The notes under the pieces: model-generated | Databases searched by the model: none | The model's input: only the letters and a program-made list of their open reading frames with translations | Told to the model about the DNA's origin: nothing | From: Candidatus Spongiisociaceae bacterium | Lineage (GTDB): Bacteria > Actinomycetota > Acidimicrobiia > Spongiisociales > Spongiisociaceae | Length of the DNA stretch: 64,000 nt | Direction of reading: 5' to 3' | Assembly (NCBI GenBank): GCA_965262915.1 | Contig: OZ253564.1 | Coordinates: 4,224,001-4,288,000, forward strand | Made by a program: the position numbers and the translations under genes | Shown here: positions 29,558 through 40,059 of the stretch, piece by piece | How the letters are laid out: each line of letters begins with the position of its first letter | Numbering within the stretch: the stretch's first letter is position 1

Positions 29558-30996
29558 CCACCGGCCTGGGCCAGGAACCCGAGGAGCGGACTTGGGAAGA
29601 TCCCGAACACCACCGTGGCGGCTGCCGAGAAGAGCAGCACCCAGCGGACGTTCGCCGTCGGCACCACATCCGCCCCGCTCCCCTCGCCGGGCCGGAAGTA
29701 CATGAGCACCACCAGGCGGAGGTAGAAGAAGAAGGCGGCCACCGAGGATGCCAGCCCCACGATCACCAGCCATTCGTACCCGCCCTGCCAGGCGGCACTG
29801 AAGACCTGGAACTTTCCGATGAACCCGGTGGTGAGCGGCATCCCGGACATGGCGATCATCAGCGTGGCCAGGACGGCCGCCACCACCGGGGAGCGCCGCC
29901 CCAGCCCCCGGTAGTCCTCGAAGCGGCTACCGGACGTGGCGGGGCCGCTCACGGCGGTGACGGCGGCGAAGGCGCCCACCAGCATCACCGCGTAGGTGGC
30001 CAGGTAGAACACCACCCCGTCTCGCCCCTCGATGCCTGCTGTCATGCCCGTGAGGATGAACCCGGCGTGCGCCACACCCGAGTAGGCCAGCATCCGCCGC
30101 ACGTCGGACTGCTGGATTGCCAGGAGGGTTCCGAGCGTCACCGACACGGCGGCCATGACCGCCACGCCGTCACCCCACGGTCCCCGGAACCGATCGAATC
30201 CGATGAACAGGATGTTGATGAGCGCCGCGAAACCGCCCACCTTGGCGGCGGCCGCCATGAAACCAACCACCCCCGAGGGGGCGCCCTGGTACACGTCCGG
30301 AGCCCAGGAGTGGAACGGCGCCGCGGTCACCTTGAAACCCAACCCCACCACCAGCAACGCCATGCCGATGAGGATCACCGCCGGCCGCCACACATGGACG
30401 CTCGCCAGGAAACCCGCCGCCGCGACGATGTTGGTGGTCCCGGTTCCGGCGTAGGTGAGCGCCCCGCCGTAGATGAAGATGGCCGACGCGAAGGCGCCCA
30501 GCAGGAAGTACTTCATGGCCGCTTCGTCGCCTGCCTGGGAATCGCGCACTATGCCGGCCAGCACGTAAAGGGCGATCGATCCTATCTCCAGCGCTACGAA
30601 CACCATGACGAGATCGGCAGAGGCACCCATGAGCATGAACCCGGCGGTGGACACCAGCACCAGGCTGAGGCCTTCGGCCATCCGGCGTCCGAGCCCTACC
30701 AGCATCTCCCAGGCGGTGAGGGTCCCGAGCACCGCCACGACCAGCAGGACAACCCGCGCATGCACGGAAAGATGATGGAGGAAGAGAGTCCCGCCGAAGG
30801 ACAGCCCGGCGCCGTCCACCTCCAACCTGTACCACTGCCCCCCGATCGCCACCGCCACGGCCAGGTAGGTGACGGCGGCCAGCCATCCGTGGACCCGCGG
30901 TGACGGCCGGGCGAACACGTCGACCATCAGCACCGCTACCGCCCCCATCACCAGCAGCATCTCCGGGGCGATAGCGAGGTACGAGACGTCGGTCAC
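29554..30996 (-). CDS. nuoN: NADH-quinone oxidoreductase subunit N
   Basis: EAAMKYFLLG, FKVTAAPFHSWAPDVYQGAP, RRMLAYSGVAHAG. Confidence 0.95.
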   Translation of the reverse strand: MTDVSYLAIAPEMLLVMGAVAVLMVDVFARPSPRVHGWLAAVTYLAVAVAIGGQWYRLEVDGAGLSFGGTLFLHHLSVHARVVLLVVAVLGTLTAWEMLVGLGRRMAEGLSLVLVSTAGFMLMGASADLVMVFVALEIGSIALYVLAGIVRDSQAGDEAAMKYFLLGAFASAIFIYGGALTYAGTGTTNIVAAAGFLASVHVWRPAVILIGMALLVVGLGFKVTAAPFHSWAPDVYQGAPSGVVGFMAAAAKVGGFAALINILFIGFDRFRGPWGDGVAVMAAVSVTLGTLLAIQQSDVRRMLAYSGVAHAGFILTGMTAGIEGRDGVVFYLATYAVMLVGAFAAVTAVSGPATSGSRFEDYRGLGRRSPVVAAVLATLMIAMSGMPLTTGFIGKFQVFSAAWQGGYEWLVIVGLASSVAAFFFYLRLVVLMYFRPGEGSGADVVPTANVRWVLLFSAAATVVFGIFPSPLLGFLAQAGG

Positions 30997-32537
30997 TCGC
31001 CGCCCCCGGTGAGGATCAAGCCGGGCCCGCCCGGCTCCGGGGCCACGAAACCGGTGGTCGCCTCGATCCGGGCAAGCACCGCATCGGTGGATGGTTCGAT
31101 CACGTCCAGCGCCACCTTGGGATAGATGCCGAGCAGGATGATCAGCGCAACCAGCGGTACGAACACGAGGGTCTCACCGATCGACAGGTCCGCCACCCGC
31201 TGGTTGGCCGGGTCGGTGAGCTTGCCGGTGAAGACCCGCTCGTAGGCCCACAGCATGTAGACCGCGGCCAGGATCACGCCGACCGCAGCCAGCACCGTGT
31301 ACACGGGCAGGGTGGGGTAGCTCCCCATGAGGATCAGGAACTCACCCACGAAGCCATTGAGACCGGGAAGGCCGATGGAGGCGAACGCTATGAACAGGAA
31401 CATCCCGGCGAACACCGGCATCGAGGAGGCCAGCCCACCGAAGTCGGCGATTGCCTTGGTGTGGCGGCGCTCGTACAGGATCCCCACCAGAAGGAACAGG
31501 GCGCCGGTGGTGAGCCCGTGGTTGATCATCTGCACCACTCCCCCCTGGAGGCTCTGGGAGGTCAGGGCGAAGGTCCCCAGCACGATGAAGCCCAGGTGGC
31601 TGACCGACGAGTACGCCACCAGCTTCTTGAGGTCGGGCTGCACGATCGCCACCACCGCCCCGTAGATCACCCCCACCACGGCCAGGGTGGCCAGCAGCGG
31701 TACGAACTCCAGGGTGGCTTCCGGGAAGAGGGGCAGGTTGAACCTCAGCAACCCGTACGTACCGAGCTTCAGCAGCACCCCGGCCAGGAGCACCGAACCG
31801 GCGGTGGGAGCCTCGACATGGGCGTCCGGCAACCAGGTGTGGAAGGGGAACACCGGTACCTTGATGGCGAAGGCAAGGGCGAAGGCCCCGAACAGCCATC
31901 TCTGGGTGATGGGACCGAGTTCCAGGTCGAGCATCCCGAGGTAGGAGAAGCCCAGTTCCCCCGTCTGATCCCGGTGGATGAAGGCCAGGGCGATTATCCC
32001 CGCCAGCATCACCGCAGAGCCGAACGCGGTGTAGAGGAAGAACTTGACCGCCGCGTAGATGCGGTTCTCGCTCCCCCAGATGCCGATGATGAAGGCCATC
32101 GGGACCAGGATCACCTCGAAGAAGACGAAGAACAGGAATAGGTCGAGAGACAGGAAGACCCCTATGAGGCCGGCCTCCAGCAGCAGATTCATCGCCACGA
32201 ACAGCCTGACCCGGTGATCCACGCTCATCGACGCGCCCAGCGCCACCGGCACCAGCACGGTGGTGAGCACCACCAGGAGGAGGGAGATGCCGTCCACACC
32301 CAGGTGCCAGGCCACCCCGAGCTGGCTGATCCACACCACCCGCTCCACGAACTGGAACCCGGCCACCCCCCGCTCGAACTCCACGAACAGGAGGACCGCC
32401 AGGGGAACGGGTAGCAGGCTGAGCACCAGCCCCAGCGGGCGGACGATCTCGCGCCGCCGCTCGGGTATCAGCATCACCACCACGGCCGCCACTGCCGGCA
32501 CGACGATCAGGGCGCTGAGCGTTGAGAACCCGCTCAT
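30993..32537 (-). CDS. nuoM: NADH-quinone oxidoreductase subunit M
   Basis: LGVDGIS, KFFLYT, FPFHTWLPDAHVEAPT, KKLVAYSSVSH. Confidence 0.96.
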   Translation of the reverse strand: MSGFSTLSALIVVPAVAAVVVMLIPERRREIVRPLGLVLSLLPVPLAVLLFVEFERGVAGFQFVERVVWISQLGVAWHLGVDGISLLLVVLTTVLVPVALGASMSVDHRVRLFVAMNLLLEAGLIGVFLSLDLFLFFVFFEVILVPMAFIIGIWGSENRIYAAVKFFLYTAFGSAVMLAGIIALAFIHRDQTGELGFSYLGMLDLELGPITQRWLFGAFALAFAIKVPVFPFHTWLPDAHVEAPTAGSVLLAGVLLKLGTYGLLRFNLPLFPEATLEFVPLLATLAVVGVIYGAVVAIVQPDLKKLVAYSSVSHLGFIVLGTFALTSQSLQGGVVQMINHGLTTGALFLLVGILYERRHTKAIADFGGLASSMPVFAGMFLFIAFASIGLPGLNGFVGEFLILMGSYPTLPVYTVLAAVGVILAAVYMLWAYERVFTGKLTDPANQRVADLSIGETLVFVPLVALIILLGIYPKVALDVIEPSTDAVLARIEATTGFVAPEPGGPGLILTGGGE

Positions 32538-32992
32538 ACGTATCCGGTCCCGCCGGCCCGGGCAGTCATGGTGGCAGAGCAGTCACCGGGATAGATCTGC
32601 GTTATACGGTGAGACCGCGAAAGAAAGCCTTGAGTCCGACCAACCGAACTCCTGGTCCTGTCATATCCGCGTTGTACCTTGATCAGAGCCAAGCACCTAC
32701 GGTCCCGGAAGGGCGTCCGCGGGACCGGGAGGGAACAAATGCGCGACGCGCCTCCGCCGAGGTGACCCCACCAGGGGCCGGCAAGAGCGCATCCATCGAA
32801 CTCGGAGGTGGCGGCGGGGGTGGGCCCGGCAGCGGAACCGGGCCGGCGGTTTTTCGCGACTTCGGGGATGATTGGGGCATCCGGGGCCAGCAGAGCGCCG
32901 GAAGGTGTCCGAGGGGAGGTTCCGCTGCCCCCGGTGCCGGCGCCTTCGACGGATATCCGCTCACTGGGAGGGGGGCTCGCGTAAGGAGTCAT
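32534..32992 (-). CDS. Low-complexity ORF bridging nuoL and nuoM (may be non-coding)
   Basis: Starts 1 nt after the nuoL stop and ends in an ATGA overlap with nuoM. Pro/Gly/Ser-rich, no recognisable domain. Confidence 0.3.
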   Translation of the reverse strand: MTPYASPPPSERISVEGAGTGGSGTSPRTPSGALLAPDAPIIPEVAKNRRPGSAAGPTPAATSEFDGCALAGPWWGHLGGGASRICSLPVPRTPFRDRRCLALIKVQRGYDRTRSSVGRTQGFLSRSHRITQIYPGDCSATMTARAGGTGYV

Positions 32993-32993
32993 C

Positions 32994-34895
32994 TCACAGC
33001 CCCCGCACGACTATCCATGCCACCACGCCGACGGCCCCGGCGGCCAGGAGAGCGCCGTACGAGCGCACGTAGCCGGACTGGAGGGGCTGCAGCCGGGCGC
33101 CGGCCTGCCGGACCGCCCACCCAATCCCGTTGACCAACCCGTCGATAGTTCGCTGGTCCACGAATCCGGCGCTCCACACAGCGATACGCATACCCGGTTT
33201 GACGATCAGGCTCCCGTAGACCTCGTCCACCCAGTAGCCGTGCTCCCAGGCCCGCAAGGGCCGGCGGACCCTGGCCAGGAGACGCTCCCTCGTCTCCTCG
33301 GAAGCCTGCCGGTAGAGCAGGAAGGCGATCACGATACCCACCACTCCGGCCCCTACCGAGACGAGGGCCAGCGCGGTGAGCAGGAGACCGTCCCCGGGCG
33401 CGTGGGCCGAATCGATCCCATCGAAGGCCGGTTCCAGGAAGTGCTCGAAGCTCAGCCGGAAGGGCGTATTCACGAAACCGATCAGCACGGTTAGCACGCC
33501 GAGGATGATCAGCGGACCCGTCATCGTGCGGGGCGACTCGTGGGGCTCGACCCCGTCCCGCCAACGGGGCTCCCCGTCGAAGACCAGGAAGTACTGGCGG
33601 GCCATGTAGAAGGCCGTCAGGAGGGCGGTCAGCAGCCCCACCGCCCACAGGGCTGTGAAGTAGCCGCCCTTGGCGAACAGCACCGCCAGGATCTCGTCCT
33701 TCGACCAGAAGCCTGCCAGAGGCGGTATACCGGCGATTGAGAGGGTGGCCACCAGCATCGTGAGATGCGTGACGGGCATCTTGGCACGCAGCCCCCCCAT
33801 CCTGGTCATGTCCTGCTCATCGGCCATGGCGTGGATGACCGAGCCCGCGCCGAGAAACAGGAGGGCTTTGAACACCGCATGGGTGACCAGATGGAAGAGG
33901 CCTGCTACGTATCCGGCCACCCCCACCGCCATGAACATGTAACCGAGTTGGCTGATGGTCGAATACGCCAGCACCCGCTTGATATCACGCTGGGCGATGG
34001 CGATGGTGGCGGCGAGGAGGGCGGTCAGCGCCCCCACGGTGGCCACCACTCCACCGGCCACATCGGACAGCCCGTATATGGCGGCGGTCCGGGCCACCAT
34101 GTAGACACCGGCGGTGACCATGGTGGCGGCGTGGATGAGGGCGGAGACCGGGGTGGGACCTTCCATGGCATCCGGAAGCCACACGTACAGCGGTAGCTGC
34201 GCCGACTTGCCGGCCGCTCCCACCAGCAGCAGCAGCCCGATGGCGGTGGCCGTCGTGGCCCCGATGACCTCCCCCGGCTCGTGCAGCACCTTCGTGTACG
34301 ACAGGGTGCCGAAAGAGACGAAGATCAGCATGAGGGCCACCATGAACCCGAAGTCACCGATCCGGTTGACCACGAAGGCCTTCTTCCCGGCGGCGGCCGC
34401 CGCCGGGCGTGTGTACCAGAACGAGATCAGCAGGTACGAGCAGAGGCCGACCAGCTCCCAGCCCACGAACAGCAGGGCGAAGTTGTTGGCCAGCACCAGG
34501 ATCAGCATCGAAGCGATGAAGAGGTTCAGGTAGGTGAAGAAGCGGCTGAAGCGAGGGTCGCCGTGCATGTATCCCACCGCGTAGATGTGGATCAGGGCGC
34601 CCACCCCGGTCACCACAAGGGTCATGGTGGCCGCGAGGGGATCCCACAACAACTCGGCGGTGGCACCCAGTCCGGGGATCCAGTCGAAGAGGTGGACCAC
34701 CGTGATCGCGTCGGTCGAGGCGTGTTCGGAGATGAAGAAGTCCTTGGCCGCCACCGCCGCGTAGGCGAAGGCGCCGACCACGGACAGGATCGCGAGGCCG
34801 GCCGAGCGGGGCTCTCCGATACGCCTACCGAAAAAATGGTTGAACAGGGCCGCTCCGAGCGGCAGGGCGATGACGACCCAAAGGTAGTCAGCCAC
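32994..34895 (-). CDS. nuoL: NADH-quinone oxidoreductase subunit L
   Basis: GYMHGD, GWELVGLCSYLLI, KSAQLPL..WLPDAMEGPTPVSALIHAATMV. Confidence 0.97.
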   Translation of the reverse strand: MADYLWVVIALPLGAALFNHFFGRRIGEPRSAGLAILSVVGAFAYAAVAAKDFFISEHASTDAITVVHLFDWIPGLGATAELLWDPLAATMTLVVTGVGALIHIYAVGYMHGDPRFSRFFTYLNLFIASMLILVLANNFALLFVGWELVGLCSYLLISFWYTRPAAAAAGKKAFVVNRIGDFGFMVALMLIFVSFGTLSYTKVLHEPGEVIGATTATAIGLLLLVGAAGKSAQLPLYVWLPDAMEGPTPVSALIHAATMVTAGVYMVARTAAIYGLSDVAGGVVATVGALTALLAATIAIAQRDIKRVLAYSTISQLGYMFMAVGVAGYVAGLFHLVTHAVFKALLFLGAGSVIHAMADEQDMTRMGGLRAKMPVTHLTMLVATLSIAGIPPLAGFWSKDEILAVLFAKGGYFTALWAVGLLTALLTAFYMARQYFLVFDGEPRWRDGVEPHESPRTMTGPLIILGVLTVLIGFVNTPFRLSFEHFLEPAFDGIDSAHAPGDGLLLTALALVSVGAGVVGIVIAFLLYRQASEETRERLLARVRRPLRAWEHGYWVDEVYGSLIVKPGMRIAVWSAGFVDQRTIDGLVNGIGWAVRQAGARLQPLQSGYVRSYGALLAAGAVGVVAWIVVRGL

Positions 34896-34967
34896 TCCGC
34901 CGCCTCCCTGCGGGCAGCCTCGAGCCGCGGCGTGCGGAGGGCGGCGCGGTCATCGGGACGTCGCCGA

Positions 34968-35273
34968 TCATCCCGACAACTCCGACAGGTCGTCCACCGA
35001 GGCGGTCTGCCGGGAGCGGAAGATCGAGACGATGATCGCCAGCCCCACGGCCACCTCGGCGGCCGCCACCACCAGCACGAACAGCACCGCCATCTGGCCA
35101 CCGATGTCGCCGTGCGCCCGGGCAGCGGCCACGAAGGTCAGGTTGACGGCGTTGAGCATCAGCTCGACCGACATGAACATGACCAGGGCGTTGTTGCGGA
35201 GCAGTAGTCCGGCCGCGCCCACCAGGAACAGCACCGCCGCCAGGCTCATGTACCAATCTGCGGTGACGATCAC
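34968..35273 (-). CDS. nuoK: NADH-quinone oxidoreductase subunit K
   Basis: [24 protein letters not shown]. Confidence 0.95.
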   Translation of the reverse strand: MIVTADWYMSLAAVLFLVGAAGLLLRNNALVMFMSVELMLNAVNLTFVAAARAHGDIGGQMAVLFVLVVAAAEVAVGLAIIVSIFRSRQTASVDDLSELSG

Positions 35274-35866
35274 GGCGAGCGCCGGTCCTGATCGGCGACG
35301 GCCCCCTCCTCGTCGGGTAGGTCCTTGCGTCGAGGGCGGTAGTAGGCCAGCGAGATCGCCCCCACCGCCGCCACGATCAGCAGGAGCGAGGTCGCCTCGA
35401 AGGGCAGGAGCCAGCGTGACGCCTCCTGCCCGGACGGAGTGTCGACCGCGATCAGGTTGGTACCGATCTCCTCGACCGTTCCCCGGATCTCCCCGGCTTC
35501 ATCGGCCGTGATCACCCAGTCGAAACGGTCCGTGACCACCAGCACACCCGCCAGCACCACCACAGCCACCAGCACCACCAGGGCTACGGGGCGCTGGACC
35601 GCCAACTTCTCGGTGAGGCGCTCGGCTCGGTCGACCCCCACGAACATGATTACGAACAGGAACAGGGTGATCACCGCCCCGGCGTACACGATCACCTGGA
35701 CCGCCGCCACGAAGTGGGCGAGGTGCACCACGTAGAAGACCGCCAAGGCAAACAGGGTCGCCATGAGCCCCATCGCCCCGTACACGGGGTTACGGGCTCT
35801 CACCACCGCTATCGCCCCGCCCAGAACCACCGACCCTACAAGAACGAAGATGACCAGCTCCACCAT
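35270..35866 (-). CDS. nuoJ: NADH-quinone oxidoreductase subunit J
   Basis: [20 protein letters not shown]. Confidence 0.94.
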   Translation of the reverse strand: MVELVIFVLVGSVVLGGAIAVVRARNPVYGAMGLMATLFALAVFYVVHLAHFVAAVQVIVYAGAVITLFLFVIMFVGVDRAERLTEKLAVQRPVALVVLVAVVVLAGVLVVTDRFDWVITADEAGEIRGTVEEIGTNLIAVDTPSGQEASRWLLPFEATSLLLIVAAVGAISLAYYRPRRKDLPDEEGAVADQDRRSP

Positions 35867-36528
35867 CAGGCATCACCCGTCCCGGGCTGTTCCTCCGGTC
35901 TCTCGGGCACCGCCGCCTGGCCCGCCTCGGGCGGCCGCACGCCCACCCCGGCCGAGCCCGACCAGGCCACGTGGCCCTCGTAGGCGGCGCGGCCCTGGGG
36001 CGAGGTGGCCCGCATCCAACCATCGGCCTCGGCCAACTCCTCGAAGTCGGCAAAGCGGTCGGTGTCGAACATGTGGTTGGGACGCCCGTCCCGGTCGACC
36101 AGCAGTTCCGTTTTGGTGTAGATGGCGTCGGCCCGGTTGGTGGTGGACATCTCGAACAGCTGGGTGTGGGTGATGGCCTCGGTGGGACAGGCCTCGACGC
36201 ACAGCCCGCAGAAGATGCACCGCAGCATGTTGATCTCGTAGACGAACCCGTAGCGCTCCCCCGGGCTGACGGGCCTGTCCGCGGGGTTGTCGGCCCCGCG
36301 GACGTAGATGCAGCGGGCCGGGCAGGCGCCGGCGCACAGCTCGCAGCCGATGCACTTCTCCATCCCGTCCTCGTAGCGGTTGAGCACGTGGCGGCCGTGG
36401 AAGCGCTGCGGCTTCTCTCGCATCACCTCCGGGTACTTGATGGTCACCAGACCCTTGCCGAACACCGTGGCGATGAACTGGCGGCCCGTCACCGCCATGC
36501 CCTTCAAGAACGCCTCTACAGGTCCCAT
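35866..36528 (-). CDS. nuoI: NADH-quinone oxidoreductase subunit I
   Basis: [30 protein letters not shown]. Confidence 0.95.
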   Translation of the reverse strand: MGPVEAFLKGMAVTGRQFIATVFGKGLVTIKYPEVMREKPQRFHGRHVLNRYEDGMEKCIGCELCAGACPARCIYVRGADNPADRPVSPGERYGFVYEINMLRCIFCGLCVEACPTEAITHTQLFEMSTTNRADAIYTKTELLVDRDGRPNHMFDTDRFADFEELAEADGWMRATSPQGRAAYEGHVAWSGSAGVGVRPPEAGQAAVPERPEEQPGTGDA

Positions 36529-36529
36529 A

Positions 36530-37615
36530 TCAACTCCACGGGAATCCGAACTGCCGGACGGAGAGCGCCCCGCCGATGAAGAACAGCCATACCAGAGAAG
36601 CCGGGATGAGCCGCTTCCATCCGAGGGTCATGAGCTGGTCGTAGCGGAGGCGCGGGAGGGTGGCCCTCAGCCACACGTACACGAACAGGAACACCACTAC
36701 CTTGAGGAGGAACCACACGGTGGGGAGCAGGCCGCTCACCACGACGGGAAGGGACCCGTCCCACGTGGGACCCGACCAGCCCCCGAGGAACAGGGTGACG
36801 GCCAGGGCCGACATCGTGAAGATGTTGATGTACTCGGCCAGGAAGAACAGGGCGAACCGCAGACCGGAGTACTCGGTGTGGAACCCGCCCACGATCTCCT
36901 GCTCGGCCTCCACCAGGTCGAACGGCGCCCGGTTGGTCTCCGCCACCGCGGCGATGAAGAAGATGATGAACGAGGGCGCCAGCACGAACAGGTTCCAGGC
37001 CGGCAGCCCGAAGCCCATACCGAGGAAGGTCAGGGTGGAGGTCTGGGACTCCACGATCTCGGAGATGCGCAGGGACCCCGTGTAGAGCACCACCGGCACC
37101 AGGGAGAGGCCCATGGCCGCCTCGTAGGAGATGGCCTGGGCGGTGGCCCGCACGCCTCCCAGCAGGGGATACTTGGACCCGGAGGACCACCCGGCCAGCA
37201 CCACCCCGTACACGGCCACCGAGGACATGGCCAGGATGTAGAGCAACCCCACGTTCAGATCGGCGCCCTGGAGGGGCACCCTCCGCAGCTGCCCTCCCAG
37301 GGTGATCTCGAACGGCCTCCCGAAAGGGACCACCATGAACATCAGGAAGGCCGGGATGGCAGCCAGCATGGGGGCGGTCAGATACAGACCCAACTCCACC
37401 TTGCGGGGCGTCACCTGCTCCTTGAAGAACAGCTTCAGGCCGTCGGCGAGGGTCTGGAGAATGCCGTACGGTCCGGCCCGGTCCGGCCCCACCCGGTTCT
37501 GCATGTCGGCCACCACCTTGCGCTCGAACCAGATCAGCAGGATCGTCACCACCAGCAGGAGGACGAATACCACCAGCACCCGGGCGACCACCAGGACCAG
37601 ATCGATCCAGTCCAT
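36530..37615 (-). CDS. nuoH: NADH-quinone oxidoreductase subunit H
   Basis: [43 protein letters not shown]. Confidence 0.96.
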   Translation of the reverse strand: MDWIDLVLVVARVLVVFVLLLVVTILLIWFERKVVADMQNRVGPDRAGPYGILQTLADGLKLFFKEQVTPRKVELGLYLTAPMLAAIPAFLMFMVVPFGRPFEITLGGQLRRVPLQGADLNVGLLYILAMSSVAVYGVVLAGWSSGSKYPLLGGVRATAQAISYEAAMGLSLVPVVLYTGSLRISEIVESQTSTLTFLGMGFGLPAWNLFVLAPSFIIFFIAAVAETNRAPFDLVEAEQEIVGGFHTEYSGLRFALFFLAEYINIFTMSALAVTLFLGGWSGPTWDGSLPVVVSGLLPTVWFLLKVVVFLFVYVWLRATLPRLRYDQLMTLGWKRLIPASLVWLFFIGGALSVRQFGFPWS

Positions 37616-40059
37616 CAGGACCACTCCCCCATCTCGAGGCTGCCGCCGAGTCCCGCCGTACCGGGCTGGTTGAACGGGATGTAGACAGTGCCCGCATGGA
37701 GGCTCGGATCCACACGCACAGGCAGCCTCACCGGGCCACCCTCCAGCCGGATCCCGATCTCCTCGATCCTGACCTCGTCCCCGTCGGCGACCCCGAGCGA
37801 CGCGGCATGGGCGGGCGTCAGGTAGACGGCGGCGCCGGGCGCCTGCTTGGAGAGCGATGGGCTGTGCCGCAGCAGGACGCCGTCGTCGTAGAGGGTGCGG
37901 GCCAGGTGGAGCCGGTAAGCGCCGGCCTCGCCCGGAAGGTGCTGCCGGCGGGGCTCGTACCGCAGCGGTTGGGTGGCGCCCTCGAGAGGCACCACCGCCC
38001 CTTCCCGGGCATCCCATTGGAGGTACTCCCAGGAGATCCCGGCGTAGGCGGGCGCCAACCGGGCGATCTCGTCGGTGATGCCCTTCTCGGAGACCAGCCC
38101 GATCGGGCGACCCATCCGGGTGGCCAGATCGTCGAGGATAGACCAGTCGGCCCGCGCCTGTCCCGGTCCGGGCACCAGTCGGTTGACCTTCTGCACCCGG
38201 CCCTCGAGGTTGGTCACCGTGCCTTTCTTCTCCGCGAAACCCAGGGCGGGAAGCACCACATCGGCCCGGCGGGATGAGTCGGTGAGGAACAGGTCGAGCG
38301 CCACCACCAATCCGGCGCCCGACAGGGCAGCAGCGCCGTCGAAACCCACCAGGTCGCGGACCGGATCGGATCCGCACAGGATCAGGCAACCGATGTCCCC
38401 GGCGGCCGCGGCGGCCGCTATCCCGAGCGCGTCGAGGCCCGATTCTATGGGCAGGGTGCCCCACGCCTCCACCAGGTCGGGAGCCAACCCGTCGGCGACC
38501 GTGAGTACCCTGCCAGGCAGCAGGTCCGGCGCCACTCCCATGTCCAGCGCACCGAAGGTGTTGCCCCGATGGACCAGGGGAAGCAGGGTGGCGCCCAGCC
38601 GTCGGGCAAAGGCGGCGACCGACTCGGCCAGGCGCGGGTCCTCGGCCAGGCCGGGACGCCCCACCAGCGCCACCACCGGACCCTCGTCCAGAGCCTTCCG
38701 GGCGGCCTTCAACCCACCCTCGCCGGCCTCGAGACGTTCGAGCAGATCCGGGCCGGTCCCGGGGCGGTAGGTCAGCTTGTGCGTGGCGCGGTCGTCCAGG
38801 CCGGTACGCCTCGGATGCACCACCAAGAGCGTGGCGCCCAACTCCTGGGCGGCTCGCCGGACTCTCAGGTAGAGGATGGGATGCGTCTCCTTGAGGTCGG
38901 GTCCCCAGAGCAGGATCGTGCGAGCGGACTCCAGATCGTCGATCCTCCCCCGGCCGGCCAGCCCGGCCAGGAACGGTGCCCCCAGCCCGTCGCCCAGCCG
39001 GCAGTCCAGGTTGTTGGATCCGGCCGCCACCCTCATGAACTTGGAGAGTGCGTAGGCGTCCTCGTTGGTACCCCGCGCCCCGCCCAGAGCCGCCACCGAG
39101 GACCCGCCCTCCCGGGTGATCACGTCGCGGAGATGGTCCGCCACCAAGTCCAGGGCCTCTCCCCAGCCAGCCTCCCGGTGCTCTGAGCCCTCCCGGACGA
39201 GGGGGGTTGCCAGCCGGTCCGGCGAGCCGATGTACTCGAACAGGAACCGCTCCTTGTCCGACAGCCAGCCCTGGTTGGTGGCGCCGTTGTCGACGCCGAG
39301 GAGGCGCAGCACCCGGTTCTGCGAGGCGTGGACGGAGAGCCGGCTCCCCTCGGTGTGTATGACCCCGGTGCTCTCGGCGATCTGCAGGTCCCAGGGACGG
39401 GCCCGGAACCGGTAGGGGGTGGCGGTGAGCGCCCCTACCGGGCAGATCTGCACGGTGTTGCCGGAGAAGTAGGAGTTGAACGGCTCGCCCGGGAAGGTGA
39501 GCACCTGGGTGTAGTTACCGCGGTTCTGGAACTCGATGAGCGGATCGCCCGAAACCTCGTCCGAGAACCTGGTGCAGCGGGCGCAGAGGATGCACCGCTC
39601 CCGGTCCAGCAGGACCAGGTCACTGATCGGTATGGGTTTCTCGAAGTGGCGCTTCTCCTCCACGAAACGGCTCTCCCCGGGCCCGTAGGACATGGTCTGA
39701 TCCTGGAGGGGGCACTCGCCGCCCTTGTCGCACACCGGACAGTCGAGGGGATGGTTGAGTAGCAGGAACTCGAGCACCCCTTCCTGGGCCTTCCGGGCCG
39801 CCTCTGATTCGGTGTGGGCCACCATGCCGTCGTTGACGGGCTGCGTGCACGACGGGATTATCAGCCTGCCGCGGGGGGTCTCGATCTCGACCAGGCACAT
39901 GCGGCACATTCCCACCGGGTTCATCCGCGGGTGCCAGCAGAAGCGGGGAATGTAGGTGCCGCTGTCCTCGGCCGCCTTTATGAGGAGTTCCCCGGCCCGC
40001 GCCTCGACCTCTTCCCCGTCGATGGTCAGGCGAACCATGGGGCGGTCGGGCGCGCTCAT
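37615..40059 (-). CDS. nuoG: NADH-quinone oxidoreductase subunit G
   Basis: IPRFCWH, GMCRMCLVE, NHPLDCPVCDKGGEC, RCILCARC, ICPVGAL. Confidence 0.95.
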   Translation of the reverse strand: MSAPDRPMVRLTIDGEEVEARAGELLIKAAEDSGTYIPRFCWHPRMNPVGMCRMCLVEIETPRGRLIIPSCTQPVNDGMVAHTESEAARKAQEGVLEFLLLNHPLDCPVCDKGGECPLQDQTMSYGPGESRFVEEKRHFEKPIPISDLVLLDRERCILCARCTRFSDEVSGDPLIEFQNRGNYTQVLTFPGEPFNSYFSGNTVQICPVGALTATPYRFRARPWDLQIAESTGVIHTEGSRLSVHASQNRVLRLLGVDNGATNQGWLSDKERFLFEYIGSPDRLATPLVREGSEHREAGWGEALDLVADHLRDVITREGGSSVAALGGARGTNEDAYALSKFMRVAAGSNNLDCRLGDGLGAPFLAGLAGRGRIDDLESARTILLWGPDLKETHPILYLRVRRAAQELGATLLVVHPRRTGLDDRATHKLTYRPGTGPDLLERLEAGEGGLKAARKALDEGPVVALVGRPGLAEDPRLAESVAAFARRLGATLLPLVHRGNTFGALDMGVAPDLLPGRVLTVADGLAPDLVEAWGTLPIESGLDALGIAAAAAAGDIGCLILCGSDPVRDLVGFDGAAALSGAGLVVALDLFLTDSSRRADVVLPALGFAEKKGTVTNLEGRVQKVNRLVPGPGQARADWSILDDLATRMGRPIGLVSEKGITDEIARLAPAYAGISWEYLQWDAREGAVVPLEGATQPLRYEPRRQHLPGEAGAYRLHLARTLYDDGVLLRHSPSLSKQAPGAAVYLTPAHAASLGVADGDEVRIEEIGIRLEGGPVRLPVRVDPSLHAGTVYIPFNQPGTAGLGGSLEMGEWS

